In this document: one piece after another, positions 60,817-64,000 of the stretch
Position numbering within the stretch: position 1 is the stretch's first letter
How the letters are laid out: each line of letters begins with the position of its first letter
DNA from: an uncultured Acidobacteriota bacterium
GTDB lineage: Bacteria; Acidobacteriota; UBA6911
NCBI GenBank assembly: GCA_963843575.1
Contig: CAWJKZ010000016.1
Location: 32,001-96,000, forward strand
Length of the DNA stretch: 64,000 bases
Direction of reading: 5' to 3'
The notes under the pieces: model-generated
What the model saw: the letters and a program-made list of their open reading frames with translations, nothing else
What the model was told of the DNA's origin: nothing
The model's database searches: none
Position numbers and translations under genes: made by a program

Positions 60817-61305
60817 TCATCCTCCATAAAGTGTTTCCGTGTTGACCGGCAGGCCGAGCAGCTTCAGGTAGGTAAAGAGCTGCATTTTGTGATTTGTGAA
60901 GTGCTCTCGGAACAGGACGAGCATTCTCTCCAGCTTCCCGCTCCAGCCCCAGGGCGTTGAAACCACTTTTTCAGTGAATTCCTGCTCGCTCAGGCCGTCG
61001 ATAACGTCGCGTAGGCCGATCCTGTCCTTACGAATCCGTTCGAGCGCCTCTTGCACGCCGCATGCCGGCATATTCTCGAGTTTCATCCCCTCGACCATCT
61101 GCTCGGGCGTGAAAGGCCACTGGCCGGTGATGAGGCAGCGGACGTCGTCTCCCAGGCCATGGGAGATGTGTTCGATGACCTGACCGAGGCTCATGAAACC
61201 CGGTCCAGGCCGCCACTCCAACTTGTCCGCCGGCGCCATGCCGATGAGCGTTTCGGCGGGTTTATAGGCGTCCATCACCAACTCGTAGAAATCATTCTTC
61301 GTCAT
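60817..61305 (-). CDS. DinB/YfiT family protein
   Basis: LEWRP..FMSLGQVIEHI, EHFTNHKMQLFTYLKLLG. Confidence 0.85.
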   Translation of the reverse strand: MTKNDFYELVMDAYKPAETLIGMAPADKLEWRPGPGFMSLGQVIEHISHGLGDDVRCLITGQWPFTPEQMVEGMKLENMPACGVQEALERIRKDRIGLRDVIDGLSEQEFTEKVVSTPWGWSGKLERMLVLFREHFTNHKMQLFTYLKLLGLPVNTETLYGG

Positions 61306-61567
61306 GCCGCACCTCCTGCGAAAGCGCTTCGGCGATCAGATGATGGTAGTTGATTCGGTTTGAATTATGACACGGTTCGGTTGGCAACTCGCCGCATCAG
61401 TTGAGCTCAGCCGTTCAAGGTGGGACGAAGGCCAAGGCTCTTGGAGCCATATACCCAAGAAGCAAGGAACTGCCGCGATTTGCGTTATCTCCTCGAACGG
61501 GACTTCGAGGGATCCACCACAACGTTTTAAATCATTCAGGCGTAGTCGATCGCGTGTCGTGCGATCG

Positions 61568-62674
61568 TCACTCAGCTCTGCCGTGATGGCCCGTTTCGTA
61601 GTGAGCCTTCAAGAGGTCGCCGCCGAAGTCGTTCTGAAGGTCGCGCCACACTGAATGGATATGGTTTGCTTTGTCCTGCGTATCGTCGAGTTCAATGAGA
61701 AATGACGATGTCTGGATCCTGTAGTAATGAGGATCTCCCGGATTGATGCCGCCGGCCCAGGCGAAATACGAATCCCGTCCTGCGTGCTGGATTTGTTCTA
61801 CGCGCCGCGCCGCAAGCTCATCCGGCACATTGCGCGCGTACAGCTCCGCCAAGGCGCGCATGGCGTCGAACTGTTTTGAGTTCATTTTGCCGGCGCGCAG
61901 ACCCGAGGGCTGCCCCGCGAGGGCCGCCTTGCGGCTAGACGCGCTCAGGATGTCGCTGTACGCATTGGCATCTACGATGGCTGTCGCCCGGAGCGGCTCG
62001 TCGAGCATTCCAATCAACTCGAAACCCAAATCGTCTTCGGCCGACAGGACGCGCAATCCCCTGCGTGGACCCTGGCCCACTTCAGCAGGGTTCGAGCCGA
62101 AGAAGCTAGGGGCGTCCACCACCTGCCCGTTGCTCACGGTGAAATTCTGGCTGAGATGATGGCCTTCCACGCGCCATCCCCAAGTTCCGGACTCGGAAGG
62201 CGTGCCGAAGATCGTGAAGTTGTACTTCTCCGGGTCGCGCCGCTCGCCGCTGTCGTTCTCGAGCACCCTCAAGACCTCTTCGAGACTCATGATGGTGACC
62301 GCTTTGATGTAGCCGACTTGGCTGAGCCCGGATGCCAGGAGCGCGCTCGCCAGATGCTTCTGGTAGGGCGTCATCTCGCGAAGAGAAAGACCCTTGCGGT
62401 CCCTGGGTATGTAGTGCCAGTTCAGCCGCTCGTTATCAGTGAACGCGAAAGTTGTTTTGGCTTTCTGATCCTGTGTGAGTGCTGCCAGGAAGCGATTCGC
62501 GGATTCGGTCATGAGCGACAGTGCGGACGCGTGATGGCGTACGTTGGCCGCAAGTTCGTCACCGCGATCGCGACGGTGGTTCCGCACTTCGCTCGGACCG
62601 GAGGCCGTGGTGGTAACGCTACTTATGAGAGCGACGGATGATCCTAGGAACGAACGTCGTCTGATGCGGCACAT
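61568..62674 (-). CDS. DUF3500 domain protein with Tat signal
   Basis: ATG 62674 (RRRSFL); ERLNWHYIP, WGWRVEGHHLS, PSFFGSNP, FAWAGG..HYYRIQ, NHIHSVWRDLQNDFG. Confidence 0.85.
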   Translation of the reverse strand: MCRIRRRSFLGSSVALISSVTTTASGPSEVRNHRRDRGDELAANVRHHASALSLMTESANRFLAALTQDQKAKTTFAFTDNERLNWHYIPRDRKGLSLREMTPYQKHLASALLASGLSQVGYIKAVTIMSLEEVLRVLENDSGERRDPEKYNFTIFGTPSESGTWGWRVEGHHLSQNFTVSNGQVVDAPSFFGSNPAEVGQGPRRGLRVLSAEDDLGFELIGMLDEPLRATAIVDANAYSDILSASSRKAALAGQPSGLRAGKMNSKQFDAMRALAELYARNVPDELAARRVEQIQHAGRDSYFAWAGGINPGDPHYYRIQTSSFLIELDDTQDKANHIHSVWRDLQNDFGGDLLKAHYETGHHGRAE

Positions 62675-63374
62675 GTGATTCCTCTCTGCGCAAATGGATC
62701 TGCAAAGCCGTTGCGCGCCTGAGGTTCGCGTCTGCTTGTCGGGGTTCCCAGCTGAGTTCGCCGGGCATTTCCCTCTTCCCGAGTCGTATTTCCAGTGCTT
62801 GAGGTGAACGCGTCTCCATGATGGTACAGCAGCGAGACACGAAGGAGAATACGCGATCCACGACCACAACGAGCGCAACGAACCGCCACGCCAAGGTTAT
62901 CAGTCCGCCTCTCCGTCCGACCTCGGGGATCAGCTGCTCTCCGCGTCACGTACGTCATCTGAGTTGGCTCAAGTGACAGCAATCCCCTGGGAACGGTCCA
63001 GGAGCGGCGTGTCCGGGTAACGTCCGCGAAGGCGACTTCACGGGACTTACGCTCTCGTTGTAGCTCATTATTTTCAGACAGCACGTCTCCGGATAGCCCG
63101 TTAACCTTACAGGTGGCAGCGGATCTCAGTTTTCCGCGACGCCGTATCGGGGGGAGTCTCGCAGCCTTGTCTTTTAGATCTTCAAAGCTGCTGAAATCCG
63201 AGTGCCCTCAGAGGTATATTGGGCCGCTGCCCCACCCCCCTGGGTAACGGATCTGCGAAGCCAGCCCTCTGTGGCAGGGTTTCGCAGTTATCCACGAGAA
63301 AAGAGCATTCGGCGGCAGGTTCGCCTCATTGGTGAATACATCAGGTTCCGCCATGCCCGTTTAGGAGAGTTTTT

Positions 63375-64000
63375 ATGGCTGATTCGCATGGCGAGCCGGA
63401 GTTCAAGAAGAAGCGTCCTCGTAAGGTGAAGGAGATCAGGCATCAATCCTCGCTGACTGACAAAATGACCGACCTCAACCGCAATGCACCCCCTCAGGAT
63501 TGGCTCATCGGCGGGGGGAAAATGGGCGATCTGGTCCGCTCCCTGGACTGGTCCGCCACTCCGTTGGGCCCCCGGCACAACTGGCCACCGAGCCTGCGTA
63601 CAACCGTAAATACCATTCTCGCGACTCGATTCCCCATGTGCCTGCTCTGGGGCGACGACCTGATCATGATTTACAACGAGGGATATCGGATCATCGCGGC
63701 TGATAAGCATCCTCGGGCACTGGGCGGATCCAGTCGGGAGATATGGCCGGAGGTGTGGGAATTCAACAAGCCGATTTTCGAAAGGGTCATGACGCGTCGC
63801 GAAACCGTCTATCTGGAAGATCAGGTTTATTCGGTAGCCCGCAAAGGATATCTCGAGCAGGCGTTTTTCACGATCTGCTACAGCCCGGTCTGTGATGAAT
63901 CTGGCGATGTAGGCGGCACTCTGGTCACGCTTCTTGAAACCACGCAGCGAATAAAGGCTGAGGACTCGCTGCGCGCTGAACGGAAACAGGCCGAAGATGC
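63375..64000 (+). CDS. PAS-domain sensor (histidine kinase-type) N-terminus; runs off the window end
   Basis: Translated by hand from ATG 63375 after AGGAG: ...GGGKMGDLVRSLDWSATPLGPRHNWPPSLRTTV...FPMCLLWGDDLIMIYNEGY...KHPRALG..REIWPEVW...FTICYSPV.DESGDVGG. Confidence 0.85.
   Translation, partial: MADSHGEPEFKKKRPRKVKEIRHQSSLTDKMTDLNRNAPPQDWLIGGGKMGDLVRSLDWSATPLGPRHNWPPSLRTTVNTILATRFPMCLLWGDDLIMIYNEGYRIIAADKHPRALGGSSREIWPEVWEFNKPIFERVMTRRETVYLEDQVYSVARKGYLEQAFFTICYSPVCDESGDVGGTLVTLLETTQRIKAEDSLRAERKQAED

Overview
High-GC bacterial chromosomal window, most likely from Acidobacteriota (inferred from the Oar-type TonB-dependent receptor, the MTLATGARLGPYEI-type Ser/Thr kinase and many Tat-tagged enzymes). 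It holds about 40 genes: a CzcCBA-type RND efflux operon; an AfsR/SARP regulator with a FAD oxidase target; a hydroxyproline dehydratase (HypD)-like glycyl radical enzyme and its activase; an OMP, a TBDR and an ALDH7; a CoA transferase and an M28 peptidase; an AmmeMemoRadiSam locus; an ABC/FtsX/AttH lipocalin module; aspA, Nfu, alaC, a GT2/methyltransferase/GT-C cluster, HU, a URO-D-like/GH2 pair, DinB, DUF3500 and a truncated PAS sensor. No rRNA, tRNA, CRISPR array or transposase was seen. The best candidate for an undescribed system is the AmmeMemoRadiSam locus, which looks extracytoplasmic. AmrS has a twin-arginine signal and an inserted CxxCH motif, the AmrB-AmrA fusion has a signal peptide, and next comes a polytopic spermidine-synthase-like protein lacking the catalytic aspartates, bracketed by inverted REP doublets. 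Intergenic DNA holds several families of non-autonomous repeats, including an IS-like end found three times precisely at the REP hairpin loop. Five genes carry single-base frameshifts that are probably assembly errors. All family assignments are from motif recognition, not database searches.
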